From Nitrospirota bacterium (GTDB lineage: Bacteria > Nitrospirota > Thermodesulfovibrionia > Thermodesulfovibrionales > Dissulfurispiraceae), in the NCBI GenBank assembly GCA_963790025.1, contig CAWBMP010000003.1, forward strand, positions 96,001-160,000: a stretch of DNA of 64,000 nt, given 5' to 3'. The first letter of the stretch is position 1. Every line of letters starts with the position of its first letter. Under the pieces are notes generated by a model that had not been told where the DNA came from, ran no database searches, and saw only the letters and a program-made list of their open reading frames with translations. Below are positions 53,690 to 63,547 of the stretch, one piece after another. A program made the translations under genes and the position numbers.

Positions 53690-54883
53690 CTAAGATAGAT
53701 TTTTCGGGTTGACTGAAATTTTTTGCACTTTCCACCGGTAATTCGCCCATCCCACGCCAATAGTAGTCGATAGGTTAAAGTTACTTGCTACACCGGGGTC
53801 TCCAACTGTTATAGTGCTGTTGGGATATGAGAAATTCTGGTCCGCCCTTCCCTCATGAGTAAGGATATATACCCTGACCTCTTTCAACCGTTGACTGAGA
53901 AGGGCAGGATTATTTAATGTAGCCTGAACTGTTGCTACGGTAACGCCTTCGCTTGTACTTACCTGAGATCCGTTATCATTATATAATGTTCCGGGAACTC
54001 CGTCATCGTTCATGTCCAGGTTGAATATAACCTGCAAATCTGCAACACAATCAAGGATGGGTAAAAGGGGATTAGTAAGCGTACCATTTGATTGACTTAC
54101 ATAGGCCCTGACTAATTCCCCTGTGTTTGGTGCGCAATAGGATGGAAAGAGGCCGGCAGCTTTCGAGATAAAATAATCTACCCTGTTAAAAGGCATTCTC
54201 AGAGGATTGCTGTCCACCCCATATATCAGATACATGCTATCGGGGTTGATAGGAGAGAAACTTGCCGGAAAAGCTGCGGCTGAATAGGTCGTCGAAAAGT
54301 TCAGTCCGTTCACTACCAATTGACGCAGTCCCGTGTCGCTGGTCTGGGGAGCGATAACGATTACTTGGTCCTGACCGGAGATAAGATCGCTGCCCCCAGC
54401 CGGAACCCACGAGTTTGGACTTGTGGTCCCAAACGTGATGTAAGTCCATTTTGAAGCCGCAGTGCTGGTTCCAAGAGAGGTTCCCTTTATAACAAGATAG
54501 TCGGACCCGTTTACGTATCCCTGATGATTATTTCCGCTTATAATTGCCCTGGGTACTCCATTCGGAGCATCATTATAGTTAGCAGCCAGCGGGTAAGAGG
54601 GATCTGCAGCCTCGTTGTAACTGAAGGTGCTTTGGAAAGCCCATGGCAATCCAAATCCGGCACTTGCAATATCAGCCCTCATCAGTTCAAGTCCGGCAAT
54701 GCGCTCCACCTGGCTTTCTGTCTGTTTGTTTTGCTGAGTAGATTGCTTTAAAAGCAGGGTAAATGTATTGGAACCTATTGCTATGACCGCAACAAATATA
54801 GCTATTACAACGAGCAATTCCGTAAGAGTGAACCCCTCCTCTCCTGACTGTGAAGATTTAAGCACTTTTTCCATGTATCTCAT
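53690..54883 (-). CDS. pilW: Type IV minor pilin PilW-like
   Basis: EEG/FTLTELLV prepilin motif; DIASAGFG; 397 aa. Confidence 0.82.
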   Translation of the reverse strand: MRYMEKVLKSSQSGEEGFTLTELLVVIAIFVAVIAIGSNTFTLLLKQSTQQNKQTESQVERIAGLELMRADIASAGFGLPWAFQSTFSYNEAADPSYPLAANYNDAPNGVPRAIISGNNHQGYVNGSDYLVIKGTSLGTSTAASKWTYITFGTTSPNSWVPAGGSDLISGQDQVIVIAPQTSDTGLRQLVVNGLNFSTTYSAAAFPASFSPINPDSMYLIYGVDSNPLRMPFNRVDYFISKAAGLFPSYCAPNTGELVRAYVSQSNGTLTNPLLPILDCVADLQVIFNLDMNDDGVPGTLYNDNGSQVSTSEGVTVATVQATLNNPALLSQRLKEVRVYILTHEGRADQNFSYPNSTITVGDPGVASNFNLSTTIGVGWANYRWKVQKISVNPKNLS

Positions 54884-55311
54884 ATGACGTTATTAACCAC
54901 AGAACTTATGCTGTGCAGGGTTGGTATCCCTTTGTGAGTCCATTGTACCGTGACCTGGATGGTCAGAGTATTTGGATTTGTAATATCCGGCTGCGTGATT
55001 ACAGTAGTTACAGAGTAATTTACCGTAATTCCTCTAATAGTTCTGGTAACATTGGGAGTAATGGGTGGTGCACTCCCCAGGGTGGACCCATATGTTCCTG
55101 GGATCAAACTGGTAAAAGGATTATTTCTAAAACTATTCATGCTTTCCTCGGCAACGCCTGTTGCCTCATCCCTGAAGACGTTAAACAAGTTATGATCAAC
55201 GACAACTGCCGCGGTATTCAAAAGGGCCAGCATGCCAATAAGAAGGACGAACATGGCAACCATGACCTCAATAAGAGTGAAGCCCGTCTCATTTTTGTAT
55301 GCAGTTGCCAC
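54880..55311 (-). CDS. pilV: Type IV minor pilin PilV-like
   Basis: ETG/FTLIEVMVAMFVLLIGMLAL; VTVQW. Confidence 0.82.
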   Translation of the reverse strand: MATAYKNETGFTLIEVMVAMFVLLIGMLALLNTAAVVVDHNLFNVFRDEATGVAEESMNSFRNNPFTSLIPGTYGSTLGSAPPITPNVTRTIRGITVNYSVTTVITQPDITNPNTLTIQVTVQWTHKGIPTLHSISSVVNNVI

Positions 55312-55780
55312 TTGTCATATGCCCCATATAGATTTTCGTCTGCGTTATTGAAATACAGTCATATACGGCGCCAACAGGATTGTTTTGAACATATATTGTC
55401 GTGCCGGTTGATATAAGACCACTGGCGAGACCGTTCTGGTCAAAAGTAATCTGTGTATTTCCGTTAGGGTTCCATGTTACCGGATTGCTTAACTTTGAGA
55501 CCTGTTTCACAATAGGATCGGCTGCATCAAGAGTGTTGTTATAATCCGTATCATCGTATATGGTATATTTTGTCGCAGCAAGCGTCACAAAGCGGAACCG
55601 ATTGCTGCCCATCGCACGTATTCGCGCCTCCATCAAATCGGCGTACATTTGCTTTATCTCGCTCTCGATATTGTTTTTTTCCGTCCACTCGCCGAATCTT
55701 ATGGTTGCGATCGTCAGAAGGATTCCTGCAACTGCCATCACTATCGCCATCTCAATCAATGTAATACCGTGCTGTTTCAT
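55289..55780 (-). CDS. fimT: Type IV minor pilin FimT/FimU (GspH family)
   Basis: QHG/ITLIEMAIV; DLMEARIRA; ITFDQNG. Confidence 0.8.
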   Translation of the reverse strand: MKQHGITLIEMAIVMAVAGILLTIATIRFGEWTEKNNIESEIKQMYADLMEARIRAMGSNRFRFVTLAATKYTIYDDTDYNNTLDAADPIVKQVSKLSNPVTWNPNGNTQITFDQNGLASGLISTGTTIYVQNNPVGAVYDCISITQTKIYMGHMTSGNCIQK

Positions 55781-58700
55781 TTCTCCTTTATATGCAATAT
55801 CTTTTTTAAAGGCCTTGGCTTTATAACAATAGAAAGCCCCTGCCCTTTCGGCGGAACGCCGGTGATAGGAAGGCTTTGCCTGTTGCTGTTTTGCGTAAAA
55901 GCGCCGGCCAGTGAAATCTCCTGAATGCTTCCGGTCGAAACCTGCACCAGTGCGGTGCCGGTGACGATATTGGATACTTGTTTAGTTACGGGAGCACTCA
56001 AAGAAGATGAGGAGCAATTGGCAAAACAAACCGAACTTGAGCCCGTATTATATCCAAGCGCCCAGATATATGAATTGCCGCCAAGACTGCAGGGATCGGT
56101 TGTGGGCATAAATGTGGTAAAAAATACAACGCCGTTGGGTGCTGCAACAGGATCGGTTATGACCCTTTCCGCGCCATAGATCGGCGTTGTCGTTGTTGTT
56201 GGAGCGAGGGTTATATACCATCCATTGTTCGGCTCGCTATTCGACGGGTTGGTTGTTTGGTTGTTGAGACTTCCCACTGAAGAAGTACAGGTGCTGTCAA
56301 AAGTATCGTTGGGAAGGTAGCACGGGTCCTTGACTCCATAGAGCATTCTGATTGAATCTCTGTCATCCAAATTCGCAGCCGTTTTAAAAAAAAATCTTCC
56401 TGTTCCGAAATAGAGCCATAAGTGATGATTCGTCCTGTCCTGAAGCTTCGCAACAGATGTGGTTACCGGACCAATGCCGCTGAGGACAGTACTGAGCGTC
56501 CAGTTCGCCGGGTTTATATCTTGTTTGGTCGTCACTCTGAGGACCCCGCCGTTAGTCCATGTAGTACCTGATAGTTGTGTATAGCCGATATAAAAAACAT
56601 CGTCCTGATAAAAACCGTTGGAACTGGGGTTCCACTTGTCGACATCAATCGGCGCATTAAAAACAGAGGAAGCAAAGGCATTCTTTATGCCTGTATCGAT
56701 TGGAGTCGTTGTTGCTAACTTTCCCGTTGCCAGGTCAACTATATAAAGCTTGAGGTTCTGATCGGAACTCCCCTGAAATTGATGGTTCGTGGTATCGATC
56801 GGGCCTGTCGGTCCTGAGGCAAAGACAGCGAACCATTTTCCGTTTTTTGTGTTGTCAGGTGTGTTAATTGCCGGCGCCGGCTGTTTTGTGCTTATCTTAA
56901 CAATCGCAGGTCCTGCAAGGGTATAACCAAGGGCCGGGTCCGAAAACTCCCATAAAAGCGACGGACTCTGCGGACTTGTAACATCCAAAGCGAAATAAGA
57001 TGAGAAGCCGCTTCCTGTCACAGGCGTTTTTACGCATTGATTTCCAGTCACACCGGCAACAGCATTACAGCTGGCGGAACTGTCCCTGCAAGCACCCCCT
57101 GTTCCCATGCTGCCGATCAAAATTGTCCTCCAGGTTGTGCTGTTTAATTGAAGATTATTATTCCCATTAACCGTTGTTTGTTTAGGTGCGTCCCAGTAAT
57201 TGCCGGAATACCCCCCGTTTGCAATGCTCGCATCAAAGATATATGTCGGGCCATCTACGTAATAGAGATGACAGTAATGGGGATCTGACATATAAGTGAG
57301 ATAGGGCAAAGCATTATTGGGTATGAATGACCATTGCTCCTGCCCCAGGGTCTGATAAGATGCTGTAGTTTCATCACTATCGTTACACTTGCCGTCTCCT
57401 CCGGGATCTGCGCAAAGTGCCGCCTTCTGGTCCGGGGGGAATACAGTCATGTCGAGCGTGCCGAGCTTAAACGCATGGAGCATTCCGTCATTGGCTCCGG
57501 CATACACCATTCCCCTGGTCGTATAGTCTTTGGAGTTAATAAAAGGAGTATATGTCGTATCGTTATATCCCAGAGGAGGGGCCAAATGGTAAGAATCGAG
57601 GGCTATTGAAGACTGGACCCTTGGCGTTGATGATATGATGTCCCCAAATCTCCAGACACTTGAGCTTAAACAGTTCCCGCTGCTGCAATCGGAGTTCTGT
57701 GTACATGAAGTGTTCGTTCCGGAGCAGACTTTGTTCATAGTCACTGTCCTGCTCCGGAACCCCATGGTTACGCACAGTATGCCGGAGCTGCAATCCGAAT
57801 TCTGCATACATGGCGTGGCAGTCCCGGAGCAGACATTATCGTACCCTATAACATAATTAATCAGTTCGGTAGCTGTCGTAATGTTTGAAGGATTCAGATT
57901 CAGCAGAGGTTGCAAGGTTGATGCATTTGCGGTAGTGAAGTTTCCTAAAACAGGATTGTTGTTGCTGTCTGTCGTCGAATAGTAAATAGTCCTCGCCGAA
58001 TTTTTAATATTGCGCGACCATAGAAGTGTTCCCGCCTCCCATAAGCTGCTGATATCCTCTATGTCTATGGGATCAGGTGTGACTAGTGTATAGATTTCAT
58101 TCCCGTTAATATCTTGAGTACCCATATCCTGATATCTGTGCACCCGCGTTTTGTTCATGGTGGTGTCATAGTAAAACACGAGTCTATAATCATCAAGCAA
58201 TTTGAGTTTATAATCTTTAACGGTATCCTCTCTGATTGAATTATTCTGGAGTTTGGGGTCAAGGTAATACCATAAATCCTGTAACATACCGGTCCATGTT
58301 GCGCTCGTATTGTTTGTGAATTGCCTGCTGGGATAAAACACTGCCTGAAGAAGATTGGCCCCGCTCCCGGCACTATTGGCAAGCACTGAAACTGCTGTGC
58401 CGGACGAAGACTGGTTAAGGATGTCGCTGAAGGCATTCTGCAGCTGTTGCGGCAATTGAAGAGGATTGGATGCATAGTAATATGTATCCGGAAGTCCATC
58501 TCCATTAGCATCCCATTTGCTCGTCGAATCAGGATAGGGGTCCGTCGTATCGCTGTTTGTGAAACCTCCGTATTTGGCCGCATACCAGAAGGGGTCATGA
58601 AGAAAGCTTGATGACGACCCGGACGTGCTGACCTTAAATGTTCTTTCAACATATATTTTGCCGGGAGTTGAGGAAGATGTGCTGCCTGATGAAGATCCAG

Positions 58701-61158
58701 CAGGGTTTGAAGAAGATGAAGGGCATGTTCCTCCGTTACAATACGTCTTAAAACTTACACCGTCCCCTGCGCCCTGGAGTTCTATATAATCGCCTGCACC
58801 GGAAACGCCATTGATTAAATACCCGGCGCCGTCGATAGCCCCTGCCGCATAAAAACTTCCCGTAGTTCTTACGGTTATGGTACTCGATCCGGTTTTTACA
58901 AACAATCGCCACCGCACATCAAGGTCATAGTCATTCCCCTGTCCGGAATCATCCCATGCAACTTCATAAGCATATTGGTAGCCGCCGGTTGTACTGTACA
59001 TACTGCATGAGTGTGCGCTGTCAGAGCCGGGATTAGCTTCAGTAGTGCAAATACATTCGTTGTCCCCGGTCGGACAACTGATGTTGGGCGTTGCCAGTAT
59101 TTTGAAATCGACGAACTGTCCCTTTGAACCGGTGAGGCCGGAATAGGAAATAACCTGAAAACTCGGCTGGAGCTGCACATTGGTACCGTTAACAGGGAAG
59201 GTCAGATTCGGTATGTCCGATGGTGTCACTACTGCATAAGTATTAACTATCTTGTTCCCGGCAGCTGCAGTATTAGTGACTCCTGTAGTATGCGCCCACC
59301 AGGCCAGCCCGGCCATATAGAACGAACCCTGTTTTGTGGGCTCTTCAGAACATTGACCTCGTACCAGCCCAAAATCAAATGTGCCTGATGCAGGTTTTCC
59401 CGTACACACGCCATATGTTGCATCTGTGGATGATAATCCTGCAGTTTCTCCAACAAAGGCACTGGTTACACTTTCTATCGTATTGATCTTGGAATTGGTT
59501 ATCTCCTGCTGAACACTCGGCGTGTCGCTGGTGCTTATGTTCGATGACCAGTTGGAGTTGGCCCCTGGGAGTTGGTCGGAGTCCCACGAGGTGTAGACAT
59601 CGCTGATCATCAGTATAAAGGGCTTGGCACAGGATGGACAAGAAGAAGATGAGCCGTTATAGGGACAGGTACCGGCACTGTAAGGATTGGACCACGAGGT
59701 TTCCACCGGAAGCGTACCCGAGGTAAAAAGACTTGTAGCAAATTGTCCGGTCGGGTCAGGAGTAACTGATTGAAACTGTGTCGTGGGACCGCTTTCCCCC
59801 ATAATATACCTTAGCGCTTCATAATACATCTCACTCATGGGGTTCCCCCAGTTTCTGCATTGCCCTTCTGAAAAAGTAGCGCTCAGGGGACAGTTATAAG
59901 TCTGACCGGAGTTAACCCAACTATTACTTGGGAAATTATAATCTATCAGTCGAAACATATCGAGGGTTTTGATAATCTTTGACGATCCGGTATTGATTGT
60001 GCCGTCAGATGTGTTTATCTCTTGAGTGACGTCCCTAAAATTGCTTCTTAAAAGTCCCCCGCTCTTATTTTGATTATAGCTTCCAGTTATCAGGCCGAAG
60101 TACATTTGAGGGGCGTTGTTAACAGGATCCAAACCCATAGTCTGCATTAATCCGGCCGGCTTGTATGAGTATGGAGACGAGCTGCCGTATTGCAGACAGT
60201 CCGATTCAAGTCCGGCCGCGGAACTGGAATCGCACACTTTAACATTGACGTACATCCACGTATCAATAGGCAAAGTGGGCCCTACGTTGGGACCGGTGTT
60301 GTATTTTTTTGAGCATTGTACTCCTCCGTCGAGGGCAGCAGCATACGGATAATATCCTCCGTTTGTATTGCTAGGAGTTGCAGGCCCGTTGCTTGCACTT
60401 CCCCAGGATACTGTCATGAGGGACCAGTTACCCTGACTGCCCGGGTTGCTGGTGAATGGGTTGGCGCAGTTATTGTTACTGTTGCATGTGGTTGTGCGCG
60501 GCGAACTGCAGTTGCCGCTTGCGTCGCAAGTGTTTGTGTTGCATATGGTAATAGCTGTTTGACCAGTGCTGGCCGGAGTAAGAGATGCAATGTCGCTGCC
60601 GGTATAGACTTTTGCCCAGGAGTGTGAATCCTGTGTAAGTGTCGTCCTGCTCAAGACAGTTGTGCCTGATGTATCAATGTCTCGTTTGCCGCCGTACAAC
60701 ACCTTGCGGAAAACATCGATCCTTGCCATCGTTGCCCAATTAAGAAAGTTGCCGCTCCAGTTACCCGAACAATAATGGTTGTTGGCGCCGGTAGCCAGCG
60801 CTGAGGGCTCATAACGGTTATTCGAGGAAGAATAGTTGTAGCACTTGTTTGAGTCGAAATATCCATAGTAGTTGATGGTATCCGTATAGGTCACATTAGG
60901 CACGAGCATTCCATTTGAGTCCAGCGTGGTGCCATCAAGATTGACAACATCATCATAGGCCTTAAAATACATCTTATGGTCTTTCGACACCACGAGCATT
61001 ACCAACGGGGGGATGTTTGTATTGAGAAAGGGCGGAGTGCTGCAATAGTTGCTCATCGGCGTCGGTGTTGCTGCTTCTGCAACAGAAAAGAAACCGCAAC
61101 CCGGAAAGAAGATAAGAATCAACAAAAGAAATGAAGTCATTTGATATCGCATTTTCAT
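55777..61158 (-). CDS. pilY1: Type IV pilus tip adhesin PilY1/PilC (about 1793 aa, cysteine-rich)
   Basis: Signal peptide; YYGYFD, WSGNFLNW..M.RID; C-terminal beta-propeller motifs GDIISSTP, YAGANDGMLHAF, YYVDGP, ALDVT.P...LWEF, LYFGTGR; start moved downstream of the sigma54 promoter. Confidence 0.9.
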   Translation of the reverse strand: MKMRYQMTSFLLLILIFFPGCGFFSVAEAATPTPMSNYCSTPPFLNTNIPPLVMLVVSKDHKMYFKAYDDVVNLDGTTLDSNGMLVPNVTYTDTINYYGYFDSNKCYNYSSSNNRYEPSALATGANNHYCSGNWSGNFLNWATMARIDVFRKVLYGGKRDIDTSGTTVLSRTTLTQDSHSWAKVYTGSDIASLTPASTGQTAITICNTNTCDASGNCSSPRTTTCNSNNNCANPFTSNPGSQGNWSLMTVSWGSASNGPATPSNTNGGYYPYAAALDGGVQCSKKYNTGPNVGPTLPIDTWMYVNVKVCDSSSAAGLESDCLQYGSSSPYSYKPAGLMQTMGLDPVNNAPQMYFGLITGSYNQNKSGGLLRSNFRDVTQEINTSDGTINTGSSKIIKTLDMFRLIDYNFPSNSWVNSGQTYNCPLSATFSEGQCRNWGNPMSEMYYEALRYIMGESGPTTQFQSVTPDPTGQFATSLFTSGTLPVETSWSNPYSAGTCPYNGSSSSCPSCAKPFILMISDVYTSWDSDQLPGANSNWSSNISTSDTPSVQQEITNSKINTIESVTSAFVGETAGLSSTDATYGVCTGKPASGTFDFGLVRGQCSEEPTKQGSFYMAGLAWWAHTTGVTNTAAAGNKIVNTYAVVTPSDIPNLTFPVNGTNVQLQPSFQVISYSGLTGSKGQFVDFKILATPNISCPTGDNECICTTEANPGSDSAHSCSMYSTTGGYQYAYEVAWDDSGQGNDYDLDVRWRLFVKTGSSTITVRTTGSFYAAGAIDGAGYLINGVSGAGDYIELQGAGDGVSFKTYCNGGTCPSSSSNPAGSSSGSTSSSTPGKIYVERTFKVSTSGSSSSFLHDPFWYAAKYGGFTNSDTTDPYPDSTSKWDANGDGLPDTYYYASNPLQLPQQLQNAFSDILNQSSSGTAVSVLANSAGSGANLLQAVFYPSRQFTNNTSATWTGMLQDLWYYLDPKLQNNSIREDTVKDYKLKLLDDYRLVFYYDTTMNKTRVHRYQDMGTQDINGNEIYTLVTPDPIDIEDISSLWEAGTLLWSRNIKNSARTIYYSTTDSNNNPVLGNFTTANASTLQPLLNLNPSNITTATELINYVIGYDNVCSGTATPCMQNSDCSSGILCVTMGFRSRTVTMNKVCSGTNTSCTQNSDCSSGNCLSSSVWRFGDIISSTPRVQSSIALDSYHLAPPLGYNDTTYTPFINSKDYTTRGMVYAGANDGMLHAFKLGTLDMTVFPPDQKAALCADPGGDGKCNDSDETTASYQTLGQEQWSFIPNNALPYLTYMSDPHYCHLYYVDGPTYIFDASIANGGYSGNYWDAPKQTTVNGNNNLQLNSTTWRTILIGSMGTGGACRDSSASCNAVAGVTGNQCVKTPVTGSGFSSYFALDVTSPQSPSLLWEFSDPALGYTLAGPAIVKISTKQPAPAINTPDNTKNGKWFAVFASGPTGPIDTTNHQFQGSSDQNLKLYIVDLATGKLATTTPIDTGIKNAFASSVFNAPIDVDKWNPSSNGFYQDDVFYIGYTQLSGTTWTNGGVLRVTTKQDINPANWTLSTVLSGIGPVTTSVAKLQDRTNHHLWLYFGTGRFFFKTAANLDDRDSIRMLYGVKDPCYLPNDTFDSTCTSSVGSLNNQTTNPSNSEPNNGWYITLAPTTTTTPIYGAERVITDPVAAPNGVVFFTTFMPTTDPCSLGGNSYIWALGYNTGSSSVCFANCSSSSLSAPVTKQVSNIVTGTALVQVSTGSIQEISLAGAFTQNSNRQSLPITGVPPKGQGLSIVIKPRPLKKILHIKEK

Positions 61159-61170
61159 AAAGTTTACTTT

Positions 61171-61186
61171 AGCAATTTTGATACCA
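61171..61186 (-). promoter_or_regulatory. Sigma54 (-24/-12) promoter of pilY1 operon
   Basis: TGGTAT-CAAAA-TTGCT on minus strand vs TGGCAC-N5-TTGC; adjacent to a sigma54 activator gene. Confidence 0.75.
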
Positions 61187-61250
61187 TAAAGTAAAAATAC
61201 TGTTTTTTCAGCTAAATTCAGATTAATGCGATGATAATAAGGCAATAATT

Positions 61251-61288
61251 ATGTAATTAATTACATTGAACTATGTATTGAGTTACCA
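61251..61288. promoter_or_regulatory. Putative upstream activator sites (TGTA-N6-TAC pair)
   Basis: Perfect palindrome atgtaattaattacat (61251-61266) and atgtattgagttacca (61273-61288), 22 bp apart. Confidence 0.55.
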
Positions 61289-61319
61289 TTGTGGGCCTGA
61301 CAGCATGTGTATAAAGAAC

Positions 61320-62687
61320 TCAATCACGATCCCCTCCTATCCCATATTCCTTTATCTTGGTCAGCAATGTTTTATAACTCACTTTAAGCATTTCCGCTGC
61401 ACGCGTCTTATTACCTCCAGTCTGAAGTAAAACCGCTTTAATTCTTGATTTCTCTGCGTTTTTGACTGCAGCCTGTGCGATTTCCGGCAGCGTTCCTTCA
61501 TCTCCGGCTTTTTGCGTTGATCGGGGCCAGGCAGGATTCAGGTGTTCCGGCCCAAGCACATGACCATCACATAAGATGACAGCACGCTCAACAATATTCC
61601 TCAGCTCTCTCGTATTGCCTTTCCATTCGTTGACAAGCAGTATTCGCTCGGCTTCGGGCGAAAGCGCCGGGATCGCTTTGTTCATTTCCGATGAGAAGAA
61701 ATTTATAAAATATGATGCAAGAGGGACAATGTCTTCCTTTCGCTCTCTCAGAGGCGGGAGGTATAGAGGGAATACATTCAAACGGTAATAAAGGTCTTCC
61801 CTGAAGCTCTCTTCCTTGACTTCCTTTTCGAGGTCTTTATTGCTGGCTGCAAGTACCCGCACATCGACTTTAACGGTTTTTGTGCTCCCAACGCGCTCAA
61901 ACTCGTTTTCCTGCAGCACACGCAGGAGTTTTGATTGCAGCGAAAGTTCCATGTCCCCGATTTCATCAAGAAATATGGTCCCCCTGTCAGCGAGTTCAAA
62001 CCTGCCCGGCTTTATTTCCGAAGCACCAGTAAACGCACCCTTTTCATGGCCGAATATTTCATTTTCAATTAAATCTTTAGGTATTGCGGCGCAATTAACT
62101 GCAATAAAAGGTTCTTTCGCCCTGGGACCGAGGTGATGGATAGCCCTGGCAACAAGTTCCTTGCCTGTACCGCTTTCACCAAGGACCAATACGGTTGTCT
62201 TCAGTGGGGCCACTTTCCTGATTTTTTCCATAACCATGTTCCACTGTTCGCTCACCCCCACCATTTCTGGCATTTTTAGAAATTTTTGGAATTCATTTCT
62301 GAAGACAAGGTTCTCTTTCTGCACGGTCCGCTCCTCAAGTGCGCGTCTCAGAATAAGTATAAAGTGGTCAGGATTGAAGGGCTTCGTAATAAAATCATAA
62401 GCGCCTTCTTTTATTGCACTGACAGCAATTTCAATGCTGCCGAATGCAGTCATTACGATAACAGGAATAAAAGGGGACACCTGACTGATCGTTTTAACTA
62501 TTGCCATTCCGTCTCCGTCAGGCAGTTTCAGGTCCGTAATCACTGCACTGATGTTCTCCCGTGAGAGAGCGTCAAGCCCATCCTTGACAGTCATGGCTGA
62601 TAGAACGGAAAACCCCTCCGACCTGAGCGTCCTGCCGAGCATGTCTGCCATGCTCTGTTTATCTTCAACTATTAGAATAGTTTGCAT
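61320..62687 (-). CDS. Sigma54-dependent NtrC-family response regulator (PilR-like)
   Basis: REC (DLKLPD), GESGTGKE, GAFTGA, LDEIGDM, FREDLYYRL, C-terminal HTH. Confidence 0.94.
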   Translation of the reverse strand: MQTILIVEDKQSMADMLGRTLRSEGFSVLSAMTVKDGLDALSRENISAVITDLKLPDGDGMAIVKTISQVSPFIPVIVMTAFGSIEIAVSAIKEGAYDFITKPFNPDHFILILRRALEERTVQKENLVFRNEFQKFLKMPEMVGVSEQWNMVMEKIRKVAPLKTTVLVLGESGTGKELVARAIHHLGPRAKEPFIAVNCAAIPKDLIENEIFGHEKGAFTGASEIKPGRFELADRGTIFLDEIGDMELSLQSKLLRVLQENEFERVGSTKTVKVDVRVLAASNKDLEKEVKEESFREDLYYRLNVFPLYLPPLRERKEDIVPLASYFINFFSSEMNKAIPALSPEAERILLVNEWKGNTRELRNIVERAVILCDGHVLGPEHLNPAWPRSTQKAGDEGTLPEIAQAAVKNAEKSRIKAVLLQTGGNKTRAAEMLKVSYKTLLTKIKEYGIGGDRD

Positions 62688-62689
62688 AA

Positions 62690-63547
62690 TTATTGTACCG
62701 GCAAAAACAGACGAAAAGTGCTGCCCTTCCCTTCTTTGCTGTTTAAACTCGTGCCTCCCCCATGGGCCAATGCAATTTTATGCACGAGGGCAAGTCCTAT
62801 GCCTGAGCCGCTGCTTTTTGTAGTGTAAAAGGGCATAAATATCTTATTGAAATCAGTTTTCGGTATGCCCTTGCCGTTATCCTTGATAGCAATGGATACC
62901 CCATCTCTGCCGGTCCCGTCGGACAAATCCGCCTTTTCTATATCTATCCTTATCTTATCGCCTGCGTGTACGGCATTCTGAAGCAGGTTCTTGACAGCCT
63001 GCCTGAGAAGCGTCTTATCACCTTTGATTAAAACAGGACCACAAGGGGAGAATTTGATTTCTGAAGCAGTATCACCCATGTTAATTACAATATCTTTGAC
63101 AAAACTTACCACTTCGATGTCTGTCTTGTTCAGGGGTTCGGATTTTGAAAACTTCAGAAGTTCCTCCATCACCCGGTTCATTTCTTCTATTTCATTAAGA
63201 ATCGCCTGTACAATCTCCCTTCTGTTGTCGGTTTCTTCAAGACCCTTCAGCAGGAGTCGCGCATACCCGGCGATGACACCCATGGGATTCCTGAACTCGT
63301 GTGCAATTCCTGCACTCACCTCGCCGAGGGCAGCCAGCCTCTCCTTTATCATGAGCTGTTCTTTGAGGGATTTTATTTCACCACCTAGTGCAGTGAACGC
63401 ACCCATAACTGTATCCATTTCAATATGTTCGGCGTCCTGTCTTTTTTTCTTCAAAAAACGTGGGAAATAAAGAGTGAAAAAAAAGAGTGCGAGCAGGACA
63501 GCTGACGCTGACAATAAAACAATCAGCGCTTCAGGGTTGGTGCTCAT
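62690..63547 (-). CDS. Membrane-anchored histidine kinase without a sensory domain
   Basis: Single N-terminal TM, AHEFRNP H-box, NLLQNA, DNGKG, FYTTK..GSGIGL. Confidence 0.9.
   Translation of the reverse strand: MSTNPEALIVLLSASAVLLALFFFTLYFPRFLKKKRQDAEHIEMDTVMGAFTALGGEIKSLKEQLMIKERLAALGEVSAGIAHEFRNPMGVIAGYARLLLKGLEETDNRREIVQAILNEIEEMNRVMEELLKFSKSEPLNKTDIEVVSFVKDIVINMGDTASEIKFSPCGPVLIKGDKTLLRQAVKNLLQNAVHAGDKIRIDIEKADLSDGTGRDGVSIAIKDNGKGIPKTDFNKIFMPFYTTKSSGSGIGLALVHKIALAHGGGTSLNSKEGKGSTFRLFLPVQ

Noticed and set aside
61159..61245. N-terminal 29-aa extension of PilY1 in the ORF track
   Set aside because: Overlaps the sigma54 promoter and precedes the signal peptide; start moved to 61158 (61152 or 61140 also possible).
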